Positions 7,936 through 16,900 of a DNA stretch of 46,614 nucleotides are shown piece by piece; the first letter of the stretch is position 1; each line of letters begins with the position of its first letter. A program made the position numbers and the translations under genes. The notes under the pieces were generated by a model that saw nothing but the letters and a program-made list of their open reading frames with translations, made no database searches and was not told the origin of the DNA. The DNA lies in NCBI GenBank assembly GCA_037446375.1, contig JBBIIS010000002.1, positions 8,276 to 54,889 on the forward strand. Direction: 5' to 3'. Source of the DNA: Bacteroidota bacterium. Its GTDB lineage: Bacteria; Bacteroidota; Bacteroidia; Bacteroidales; VadinHA17.

Positions 7936-9381
7936 ATGAGACTGATCAATCCATTGATTATCCTCAAGATACTCAGCACGATACTCCTAATTGAGACTGC
8001 ATTTTTCCTATCGTGTCTTCCTGTTGTATTTATCTACGGCGAGAACCCTGTTCCATTTCTGATCTCGGCGGCTATAACTATTATCCCTGCTCTCTCCTTT
8101 TTCATCATCTCGAGGAGATGTGAAATAAACAAGGCAAACACAAGGGACGGTTACCTTGCAGTAACACTCTCGTGGATTTTATTGGCTCTTATGGGCACAC
8201 TCCCTTATCTTATCAGTGGTACAATACCTTCGTTTGTAAATGCCTTTTTCGAATCAACTTCAGGTTTTACCACAACCGGTTCTTCAATTGTGGCAGACGT
8301 TGAAGCACTTCCTTTTTCCATCCTGTTTTACCGGAGCCTTACACACTGGGTAGGAGGAATCGGAATAATTGTTCTTGTGATACTGATCCTCCCTTCACTA
8401 AGGGTAACCGGCTATCAGCTGTTCAGTCTCGAATCATCTCTGGAGGAGAAGATCCACGCCCGGACAAGTGCCATCGGCTGGAGAGTCCTGTTCATTTATC
8501 TGGGACTGACCGTTGCGCAGATTATTCTGCTCTCGCTCGGAGATATGAATATATTTGATAGTATATGCCATTCATTCAGCACTGTTGCGACAGGTTGCTT
8601 TTCAACAAGAAATTCAGGCATGTCAGAATTCTCGGCCTATAGTCAGTATATAGTAATGATATTCATGTTCCTTGCCGGCACGAGCCAGCTTGTCTATTAC
8701 TATCTGATTAAAATGAATTTCAAGAAGGTCAAGCAGAATGAGGAGCTTTGGTTCTATCTGGCAGTTGTTTTGATTTCGGGAGCAATAGCCACATTTATAC
8801 TAATTGCAAAAACGACAAAACCTTTTGAGGTTGCATTCAGGGAGGGATTCTTCCAGGTGATATCATTTATTACATGTACAGGCTTCGTGTCGACAGATTA
8901 TTTATTGTGGCCTCTTACGGGAGTACTTCTACTGTTTATACTGATGTTTTCAGGCGGAAGTACCGGTTCAACAAGCGGTGGCATTAAGATGGCCCGCCAT
9001 CTTATAGTGATCAAAAACATCAAGAATGTGTTTGTTAAGCTTAACCATCCGAAGGCTATCTCAGCGGTAAAGCTCAACGGCAAGGTGGTCACTGAAAATA
9101 CAAATATTTCAATTTTATCTTTTGTTGCCCTCTATCTCTTCATCTTCATTCTGGGAACAATATTTATTACCGCAAATGGTTCAGATCCAATAACTTCAGC
9201 TAGCGCTGCAGCAACATCGATGGCCGGTATTGGTCCCGGATTAGGCACTATAGGTCCGATGAGCAATTTTGCACATATGCCTGAAGCGAGTAAAATAGTA
9301 CTAAGCCTGCTAATGATACTTGGAAGACTCGAGATACTCACAGTCTTTACCCTGTTTACAAAAACATTCTGGAAAAACTAA
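7936..9381 (+). CDS. trkH: TrkH/KtrB-family potassium uptake membrane protein
   Basis: 481-aa polytopic protein with TrkH-type selectivity-loop motifs (ESTSGFTTTGSS, SGGSTGSTSGGIK). No trkA gene lies adjacent. Confidence 0.85.
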   Translation: MRLINPLIILKILSTILLIETAFFLSCLPVVFIYGENPVPFLISAAITIIPALSFFIISRRCEINKANTRDGYLAVTLSWILLALMGTLPYLISGTIPSFVNAFFESTSGFTTTGSSIVADVEALPFSILFYRSLTHWVGGIGIIVLVILILPSLRVTGYQLFSLESSLEEKIHARTSAIGWRVLFIYLGLTVAQIILLSLGDMNIFDSICHSFSTVATGCFSTRNSGMSEFSAYSQYIVMIFMFLAGTSQLVYYYLIKMNFKKVKQNEELWFYLAVVLISGAIATFILIAKTTKPFEVAFREGFFQVISFITCTGFVSTDYLLWPLTGVLLLFILMFSGGSTGSTSGGIKMARHLIVIKNIKNVFVKLNHPKAISAVKLNGKVVTENTNISILSFVALYLFIFILGTIFITANGSDPITSASAAATSMAGIGPGLGTIGPMSNFAHMPEASKIVLSLLMILGRLEILTVFTLFTKTFWKN

Positions 9382-9393
9382 GCCTGCAAAGCT

Positions 9394-10113
9394 TCAATTC
9401 CCTTCAAATTTTCGCTTTACTGCCGACAGGTCTTCAGGAGTACCAATGTCTGCCCAGAAATCTTCATCGTGCCTGTAGGTGAATATTTTCTTATTGCCGG
9501 CGAGTTCAAGATAGAGCGATGTAAGAGAGTAAACACCATCCTGCATGAATCCAAATATTTCCGGTTCAGCAATATGGATCCCTGAGAATGAGATCTCTTT
9601 CAGAGAGTAATCTGTACCTCTTGAGATTATCCTCTCCCCTGTCTTCCTGTTAAACCAACCGCATATTATCCCGTCGGTGTCGGTAAGAAAGACCCTGTTA
9701 TGATTGCGTCCGGCAACGGCAAGTGTGGCTATTCCTTTATTGAGCTTATGGAAAGTGTAAAATGCTCCCAGGTCGAGATCTGTTATGATATCGGCATTGA
9801 AGAGAAGAAAAGGCTCATTATCAAAAAAACATCGTGCTTTATAAAGACCTCCACCGGTATCAAGAAGAAGTCCTCTCTCATCCGAAACTGTGATCCTGAA
9901 GCCATCCAGAATGAGCGTCTCAATCTCTTGTTCAACCATGTCGGCGAAATGGTGAACGTTTATTATTATATCATCAAAGCCATGGGATGCAATAAATTCA
10001 ACAGCGATCCTCAGCATGGATCTGCCATTGACCGATACAAGTGCCTTAGGGCGGTTTGCTGTTATATTACCAAGTCTTTTTCCTATGCCTGCCGCGAAGA
10101 TCATTGCTTTCAT
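9394..10113 (-). CDS. murU: sugar-1-phosphate nucleotidyltransferase, MurU-like (MurNAc-alpha-1-P uridylyltransferase)
   Basis: MKAMIFAAGIGKRLGNITANRPKALVSVNG... is an NTP-transferase G-loop. The length (239 aa) and architecture match MurU. It lies 9 nt downstream of an AmgK-like kinase gene. Confidence 0.7.
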   Translation of the reverse strand: MKAMIFAAGIGKRLGNITANRPKALVSVNGRSMLRIAVEFIASHGFDDIIINVHHFADMVEQEIETLILDGFRITVSDERGLLLDTGGGLYKARCFFDNEPFLLFNADIITDLDLGAFYTFHKLNKGIATLAVAGRNHNRVFLTDTDGIICGWFNRKTGERIISRGTDYSLKEISFSGIHIAEPEIFGFMQDGVYSLTSLYLELAGNKKIFTYRHDEDFWADIGTPEDLSAVKRKFEGN

Positions 10114-10122
10114 AGGACCTTA

Positions 10123-11526
10123 TTATCTTATTTCGTGATGAAAAACAAGGACATCTGCGGATTTATTTGATTTGAGCAGAGTTGCGATTTTTTCTGCGCA
10201 ATAGACTGACCTGTGGATACCTGAATAGCACCCGAAGCAAACCCTTAAAGCTTTTCCGGGTGAAGAGGATTCGATCGATACGTTTATCATTCTGATGGCG
10301 TTTTCAACCATATCCTGGATATCCTTTTTATCGTCAAAAAAATCAATCACCTTTTTATCCTTGCCTGTCAGGGATTTAAGCTCTTCAGTATAATATGGGT
10401 CAGACAGATGCCTGCAATCGAACATGAAGCCCCCCTCAGAAATGAATGTTTCAGGCATACCTTTATTGAAGCTGAAGCTTTCAATAATTATAGTTTTCTT
10501 TTGCCTGCCATCCATATCCGCATAAGCCCATTTCCGGTATAATGAATTGGTAATCCTGTTAAGCTCAGGCAGGTGGGCTGCAAGTTCGCACTTTTCGAAC
10601 AGACGGGTAAGCTGCCTTACTGCAGGAGGAATGCTTTCCGTAAAGTTTGGCTTTCTTTCATAAAGTCCCCTGAAGCCATATGCGCCAAGAGCCTGGAGAA
10701 GTCTTACTATACCAAATGTTCTGTACTCATCTTCAAAAGCCTTAAAATCTGTTTTCACAGAATCTTCAACTATGCTGAAGTAGTACTGAAGAAGCTTGTC
10801 ATGATCATTTTCTGAAAGCTCGACATAGGGGTCAAGAAGCAGGGAGGCGACATCGTAATGCGGTGCCCCTTTTCTGCCGCCCTGGAAATCTATGAACCAT
10901 GGTATGCCGCCCTTTATCATAATATTTCTCGACTGGAAATCCCTGTAGAGGAATCCTGCTGTCATTACATTTTCAACAGAGCTGGCAAGTTTCAGGAAAT
11001 CTTCTTCAAGGAGCTGTTCGTTGAAGCCGGTTCCTGAAAGCTTAAGGAACATGTACTTGAAATAGTTCAGGTCCCACATCACCGAGTTTTTGTCAAATAT
11101 TTTCCTTGGGTATGAAAGATCGTAGTCAATTATCTTATCGGCTTCAAACTGAAACCGCGATAGCTCCTTAAGGATGGCCTTGTACATATCCAAAACCCGG
11201 GGGTCATTCCCGTTCCGGTCTTTATCCCGGAGCCAGGTCCACAAATCGAGATCGCCCAGATCCTCAGTCAGATAGACCATCTCATCGGGTAGATATTTAA
11301 AGACCCTCGGAACCCTCAGCCCAAGATCGCTGAACCAGCCCGCAAAGCTTGTGAAAGCATCATTTTCCTTTCTGCTCGGATTCCAGACACCAAGCACTGA
11401 GAAATCCTCCTTCACCATCCGGCAGTATATCCTGTCAGATCCTGATTTAGGAAGTACGGTAAGACTCTCAGGACTATGGCCTGTATAGTCTCTGAAGAGC
11501 AGGCTGAGGAGTTCATCTTTTATCAT
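10123..11526 (-). CDS. amgK: AmgK-like anomeric amino-sugar kinase (APH fold) fused to a RapZ C-terminal-like domain
   Basis: - N-terminal roughly 340 aa: APH/choline-kinase fold with YRDFQSRNIMI and WFIDFQGG, as in AmgK.
- C-terminal 125 aa (10126..10500): ESFSFNKGMP...FMFDCRHLSDPYY...LKSLTGKDKKVIDFF...FGCYSGIHRSVYCAEKIA...HHEI. This aligns with E. coli RapZ ESFGFKHGIP...VFDVRFLPNPHW...MTGLDKPVAAFL...IGCTGGKHRSVYIAEQLA...HRTL.
- ATG 11526 is preferred over the track's TTG 11553. Confidence 0.75.
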   Translation of the reverse strand: MIKDELLSLLFRDYTGHSPESLTVLPKSGSDRIYCRMVKEDFSVLGVWNPSRKENDAFTSFAGWFSDLGLRVPRVFKYLPDEMVYLTEDLGDLDLWTWLRDKDRNGNDPRVLDMYKAILKELSRFQFEADKIIDYDLSYPRKIFDKNSVMWDLNYFKYMFLKLSGTGFNEQLLEEDFLKLASSVENVMTAGFLYRDFQSRNIMIKGGIPWFIDFQGGRKGAPHYDVASLLLDPYVELSENDHDKLLQYYFSIVEDSVKTDFKAFEDEYRTFGIVRLLQALGAYGFRGLYERKPNFTESIPPAVRQLTRLFEKCELAAHLPELNRITNSLYRKWAYADMDGRQKKTIIIESFSFNKGMPETFISEGGFMFDCRHLSDPYYTEELKSLTGKDKKVIDFFDDKKDIQDMVENAIRMINVSIESSSPGKALRVCFGCYSGIHRSVYCAEKIATLLKSNKSADVLVFHHEIR

Positions 11527-11612
11527 CTGTATCCAGTAATCTCCGAAAGGCAAAAATATATATTTCCCCAGATTTGTTCACCATTTTATTCAGGCAGAGC
11601 AGGATTTGAAAT

Positions 11613-13931
11613 TCAACCCTCAATGCTTTTTTCCAGTTCACGTGCCTGTTTCAGGAACTCATCGATGTTCATCTCCCTGTGATATATCATGCCATGTGTC
11701 GCCCTGATTTTGGGACTCTCATTCTCATAAAAGAAATCTTTCCCCAGTATCAGCTGCACTCTTTTAAACTGTTCAACCCATGTCTTCTGCGACAGGTCGC
11801 TGAATGGACCATCGTGTTCATAACTTGGAAATGATGCCTCCACCTGGCTCACGTAGCAGTTCTTAAAGGACCAGTTAAGTACGGCCATTGAATTGAGGGA
11901 GACTGGTGTAAATACATTTGCTTCAGATGGGTGAAATCTGTACCAGACATTCCTGTACCCTATTATGCGCAGCGCTGAAATATCTTCGCTCTTTTTCCAT
12001 TGCCTGAGCGCTTCTGCAATTGCCTGAAGAACTTTATAATGGGTATCCGGGCCAGATCCCTCCGGATCAAATGCAAGGCTTATAACAGTCGGCTTTAAAC
12101 GCTTCAGCATGGTGAGTATCGGCTGCACATCCCGCTGATGCTGTGGCGAGGGTGTAAACATATCACCTGTATAGAATCCCAGGCGAAGGTGTTCTATATT
12201 CTGAACCTTTACGCCGTAATGTGCCCAAACAAGCTCCTCCTCATATTCACGGAGCATACCCTTCAGCTTCTGAATGTCAGGAGGATTCTTCTCACCGCTG
12301 TAGCTCGAATCGATGGTTTCAATAATTTTTTCAATCTGCGTTATAAGCTCGCCCTTTGAATGAATATTATATATCTCCACCATTACCCGTGTAAGCCTGT
12401 GACATATGCCCCTGAGCTTTCCGCTTTCATCCCTGTCGGCTATTTTATCGAGATAATGGCTCACATCCTTGTCAAATTTATACCTGTAACCGTTCGCAAA
12501 GAAATCGGGGTAGTCAAGCATCTGTATCTTTCCCTGCGAGATCAGATCCAGTGCCTCTCTCAACAGCCTCCTGAGCAGAAAATTTGTAACTGCAGTGAAT
12601 CCTGAAGTCAGTACTGTAAAATGAAACTCGTTCGTTTTTTCGCGAAGCTGTGGAATAATGCATGGAAATATACCGAGCATTATATCATCGTGGTGAGGAC
12701 CGGTATGAAGGAAAACCTGGTTCTCCTCCCGTCTCAGACCAGTTGCTATCTTCCTTTTAGTCGAATCAATTACATCGATAACGCTTTTCAGGCTTAGACC
12801 GGGAATAAGAGAACAGAATCTGTCTCCCCTGAGGTCCTCAACAGTAAGCTTATGAGCATACTTATCTATACGATGGCAAAGGTCGAAGACTGCTCTTTCG
12901 GTCTTCTCGAAGGTCCATTCGCCCTCGTTATAATAACACTCCCTGCTATCATGAAGGCCGACGGCGGCCCCTTCAGTAATATAGAATCTTGCATTCTTCT
13001 GTCGCTGAAGAACAGTTCCCGGGAAGAGATTATCTGGACTGCTTTCAAGGGCAGATTTCACGACACCTGCCTTTGCTTCACCGGCTGCAAAAAGTATTGA
13101 AACGCCATCCGGATTAAATGTAATTGTTCCGAGACCAATTGTTATAACAAGCCTGCTTCTCGAGATCTCAATCCCTCCGAGATCACCTGCGGAAGCAGCC
13201 TGTGTCTCGAAATTTGTCGCCGTCAGCCTTGTTGTTGAATTGTGATCACTTCCTCTTGTATTGAAAGCGATATGACCATCAGGTCCAATGCCCCCGAGGA
13301 AGAATCCTATTCCTCCCATCTGGCGGATGCTGTTTTCATATTCCATGCACCATTTGTCGATACTGAAAAGAGATTTTTGCTTCAGCTTTTCCGCTGGTGT
13401 CAGTGCTTCCCTGCTACGGAGTGAGAGGTCGATCAGGTTATCTGGAAATATTTCACTGAAATGTTTTCCACCGGCAAGTGGAATTTTTTCGGAGTTTATT
13501 AACAGGGCCTTACCGTGATCAAGGTTGAATCCCTTAATATAATAATTCACAACATAGTCATAGAAACTGTTGTGCTGCCTGGGATTGATCGGATAAAACT
13601 CGTCAATCTGGACAAAATGAAGTCCTCCTAGCGATGGTTTTACTTTAAGAGAAAATCCATTCTCATCCAGTAGCTGCCTGATTGCCGGCTTATTCCATCC
13701 GTTAAGTATTTTCTGCGTCCATTTGATGAAATATTCAGGGGTCTTGCCGGTGGGCAGGCTTATTACTCCTTCAGGGTTCACACTTACCCACTCAAGGAAG
13801 CGAATAGAAGTGAGAAGGCCAAGGGCAGGAAAATTTTTAGCAATAATGTATGGGACCGCAGTTGTGAAATCCCTCCTCCCTGAACGCTCAAAAAACAGTC
13901 GTTCAACCCCTGTAAAGCCCTTTGTAGTCAT
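11613..13931 (-). CDS. nagB: long-form glucosamine-6-phosphate deaminase (NagB domain) fused to a PIG-L/LmbE-like deacetylase domain
   Basis: The N-terminal half carries the NagB motifs ISLPTGKTPEYF and GGIGPDGHIAFN. The C-terminal half (about 11616..12734) starts VFLHTGPHHDDIMLG, matching the PIG-L (A/P)HPDD zinc motif. Confidence 0.75.
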   Translation of the reverse strand: MTTKGFTGVERLFFERSGRRDFTTAVPYIIAKNFPALGLLTSIRFLEWVSVNPEGVISLPTGKTPEYFIKWTQKILNGWNKPAIRQLLDENGFSLKVKPSLGGLHFVQIDEFYPINPRQHNSFYDYVVNYYIKGFNLDHGKALLINSEKIPLAGGKHFSEIFPDNLIDLSLRSREALTPAEKLKQKSLFSIDKWCMEYENSIRQMGGIGFFLGGIGPDGHIAFNTRGSDHNSTTRLTATNFETQAASAGDLGGIEISRSRLVITIGLGTITFNPDGVSILFAAGEAKAGVVKSALESSPDNLFPGTVLQRQKNARFYITEGAAVGLHDSRECYYNEGEWTFEKTERAVFDLCHRIDKYAHKLTVEDLRGDRFCSLIPGLSLKSVIDVIDSTKRKIATGLRREENQVFLHTGPHHDDIMLGIFPCIIPQLREKTNEFHFTVLTSGFTAVTNFLLRRLLREALDLISQGKIQMLDYPDFFANGYRYKFDKDVSHYLDKIADRDESGKLRGICHRLTRVMVEIYNIHSKGELITQIEKIIETIDSSYSGEKNPPDIQKLKGMLREYEEELVWAHYGVKVQNIEHLRLGFYTGDMFTPSPQHQRDVQPILTMLKRLKPTVISLAFDPEGSGPDTHYKVLQAIAEALRQWKKSEDISALRIIGYRNVWYRFHPSEANVFTPVSLNSMAVLNWSFKNCYVSQVEASFPSYEHDGPFSDLSQKTWVEQFKRVQLILGKDFFYENESPKIRATHGMIYHREMNIDEFLKQARELEKSIEG

Positions 13932-13948
13932 TCCTTAAAATTTAATTT

Positions 13949-16864
13949 TCAATCCTTTTTCAATGCATTGTAAAGCACTTCAGCAGGGTGAAGCGCTTTT
14001 CTCCCGGTACCGTCAAATATCTGATTCCTGCATGAGGTCCCCGGTGCACAAATAATTGTATCTTCAGTGGCCGCCCTTACTTCAGGGAAGAGCACCATCT
14101 CTCCTATTTTCATGCTCATTTCATAATGTTCATTTTCAAATCCGAATGCTCCTGCCATCCCGCAACAGCCGCTTCTAATCTCTTCAACAGTGTAACTCTC
14201 AGGAATTGACAGTGATTTTACTGTGGCGGCGGTGGAAGAAATTGATTTCTGCTGGCAATGTCCGTGCAGAAGTATCTTTCTGGTTTCAGAGGTAAACTGC
14301 TCCCGCGAAATATTCCCAAGTTCAAACTCCCTGAAAATAAATTCGTCAAGCATAAAGGTATTACAACCGATCCGAATCGCATCCTCTCTGAGAACTCCTT
14401 TCAGCATTGCAGGATACTCATCGCGGAATGAGAGAATTGCAGAGGGCTCAATGCCTATCAGGGGAGAATCGTCATTAATTAAATTGCGTAGAAGCTCCAC
14501 ATTCCTTTCAGCCGTCCGCTGCGCTCTTTTCAGAAGCCCTTTTGAAATAAAGGTTCGTCCGCTCCACCTGTGACGCGGTATAGTAACACAGTATCCCAGT
14601 TTCTCAAGCAGAAGGATAGCGGAAATTCCAATATTGCTGTCGTTAAAATTTGTAAACTCATCAGCAAAAAGGCAGACTTTTCTTTTCTGTTCTATCTCAG
14701 GTCCTTTTCTGCTGTGCTTTTTCATCCATCCTTTTAGAGTGACTACGCTGAGTGAAGGAATTTTCCTTTCAGACGAAAATCCGATAATTTTTTTAAACAG
14801 CCCCGTTCCCGTGATGAAATTTGCAACAGGCCTGATCAGGAATCCGATCTTATTCAATTCCGGCAGCCAGGCTATCAGCCACGATCTGAAAGGAATGCCA
14901 TGAGCCTCGTAATAGTGCTGGAGAAATTCTGCCTTGAATGAAGCCATATCAACATTAGAAGGGCATTCCGATTTGCAGGCCTTGCACGAGATACAGAGAT
15001 CCATAACCTTATAAATCTCCTCATGATCGAACGGGTTTTTCTTTTCTGAGTGCGTCATGAACTCGCGCAGGATATTTGCCCTGCCCCTTGTTGATTTATC
15101 TTCATCGCCCGAGACCATAAATGTAGGACACATTGTTCCTCCCATATTCACACCCTTCCTGCAATCCCCTGATCCGCTGCATTTCTCAATTGCGTGGATG
15201 ATTCCCGATTTTTCGGGATAATGAAAAGTCGTAGATACTGAGGATGGGACTTTCACATTTTCATACCTGAGATTATCAACTATTGAAGGGGTGTCGGTTA
15301 TCTTTCCCGGGTTGAATATTCCTTCAGGATCCCAGACTTTCTTAAGTTCCCTGAGAAGTCTGTAATTCTTTTCACCAAGCATAAAAGGAATAAACTCTCC
15401 CCTTAACCTTCCATCGCCATGTTCTCCGCTTAGCGATCCTCTGTACTTTCTGACAAGTGCCGCTACCTCTATGGCAATGCTATGGTACAGCTGTATATCT
15501 GAAGGATCTCTCAGGTCAAGAAGCGGGCTGAAATGCAATTCACCCGTTGCTATGTGCCCATAATATGAACAGCTGAGCCCATGTTTCTTAAGTATTTCCT
15601 CAAACTCCTTATGATAATCAGGATATCGCTCAGGAAGAACAGCCGTATCCTCTATCACCTGAACACTGCGTCTTTCTCCGGGAATATTCAGTAATACCCC
15701 AAGCCCGGCTTTTCTAAGGTCCCATATCCTCTTCAAATCATTTTCACTTTTGTAGAGTGGAAAATGATAGCCAAGGCCTGATTTTCCGAGCTCAGCTTCG
15801 ATCCTTATTGCCTTTTCATCTATGGTGGCTTCATCCCCAAGAAACTCAATTAAGAGAATAACCCTCGGATCCCCCTTTATAAAAAACCTGTTTCTGGACT
15901 GCTCAAGGTTATCCTTTGTACAATTCAGGATAAAGTCATCAATAAGTTCAATTGCCGCAGGACTATATTTCAGTGCAATAATATTTGCTTTCAATGCGTC
16001 CTGCATACTATCAAAATGGGCACACATAACGCCCGATCTGCTTGTTGGTAATGGGATAAGGTTCAGTTTCATCGATGTCGTAAAGGCAAGAGTGCCCTCT
16101 GAACCTGCAAGGAGCTTACTGACATTTAATTCTATGCCATTACCCGTGAAAGGATCCGTTTCAAGCAGTGAGTCGATCGCATAGCCGTTATTTCTTCTCA
16201 TTATCCCGCTCTCGGGAAAATTGTTTCTTATCTCCTCCTGGTTAGATTTATCCGAAAGGGAATCATTCAGGAACCTGTATATCCGCGTTTCGAGCAGGGA
16301 ACTATCGCCATTGCACTTCTTTTTGAATCCTGCTATTGTCAATTCTTTAAATGTGACCTCCGTCCCGTCGGAAAGAATAACATCCACTTCAAGTATATGA
16401 TCCCTTACACTTCCATATATTAATGAATGTAAACCGCAAGAGTTATTTCCCAGCATCCCCCCCACGCAACATCTGTTAGCAGTCGACGTTTCCGGGCCAA
16501 ACATCAATTCATACGGTGCGAGAAACAGATTCAGCTCCCCTGGAACAACACCCGGTTCGACCCTTATCCATCTCCCTTCGGGGCTGAATTCCAGGATACT
16601 GTTCATGTATTTTGAGACATCCGCTACAATTCCTTTCCCAACTACCTGTCCGGCAAGAGATGTACCTGCACCGCGTGGTATAATCGAGCTTTTGTTTTCT
16701 GAGGCAAACTTTATTAATGCCTTTATATCCTCATTGCACGCCGGCCGTACCACGGCAACCGGCACCTCTCTGTAAGCTGAACCGTCTGTTGCATATATCA
16801 GACGGTGATATTCATCCGTAAACAGATCCCCTTTAATTTCGTTCCTGAGTTTTTCTAAATCCAT
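13949..16864 (-). CDS. FAD-binding (PCMH-type) oxidase fused to 4Fe-4S and Cys-rich (CCG) domains; candidate D-lactate or D-2-hydroxyacid dehydrogenase
   Basis: - 971 aa.
- N-terminal GlcD-like FAD domain (IIPRGAGTSLAGQ).
- Central ferredoxin-like CxxCxxC motif (CISCKACKSECP).
- C-terminal CCG-type Cys clusters (GHCQQK..., SGCCGMAG).
- Same architecture as the YdiJ/Dld-II class. Confidence 0.7.
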   Translation of the reverse strand: MDLEKLRNEIKGDLFTDEYHRLIYATDGSAYREVPVAVVRPACNEDIKALIKFASENKSSIIPRGAGTSLAGQVVGKGIVADVSKYMNSILEFSPEGRWIRVEPGVVPGELNLFLAPYELMFGPETSTANRCCVGGMLGNNSCGLHSLIYGSVRDHILEVDVILSDGTEVTFKELTIAGFKKKCNGDSSLLETRIYRFLNDSLSDKSNQEEIRNNFPESGIMRRNNGYAIDSLLETDPFTGNGIELNVSKLLAGSEGTLAFTTSMKLNLIPLPTSRSGVMCAHFDSMQDALKANIIALKYSPAAIELIDDFILNCTKDNLEQSRNRFFIKGDPRVILLIEFLGDEATIDEKAIRIEAELGKSGLGYHFPLYKSENDLKRIWDLRKAGLGVLLNIPGERRSVQVIEDTAVLPERYPDYHKEFEEILKKHGLSCSYYGHIATGELHFSPLLDLRDPSDIQLYHSIAIEVAALVRKYRGSLSGEHGDGRLRGEFIPFMLGEKNYRLLRELKKVWDPEGIFNPGKITDTPSIVDNLRYENVKVPSSVSTTFHYPEKSGIIHAIEKCSGSGDCRKGVNMGGTMCPTFMVSGDEDKSTRGRANILREFMTHSEKKNPFDHEEIYKVMDLCISCKACKSECPSNVDMASFKAEFLQHYYEAHGIPFRSWLIAWLPELNKIGFLIRPVANFITGTGLFKKIIGFSSERKIPSLSVVTLKGWMKKHSRKGPEIEQKRKVCLFADEFTNFNDSNIGISAILLLEKLGYCVTIPRHRWSGRTFISKGLLKRAQRTAERNVELLRNLINDDSPLIGIEPSAILSFRDEYPAMLKGVLREDAIRIGCNTFMLDEFIFREFELGNISREQFTSETRKILLHGHCQQKSISSTAATVKSLSIPESYTVEEIRSGCCGMAGAFGFENEHYEMSMKIGEMVLFPEVRAATEDTIICAPGTSCRNQIFDGTGRKALHPAEVLYNALKKD

Positions 16865-16900
16865 AATGTCTGCAGAGCTTTGTTTAGGGATGACATTATT

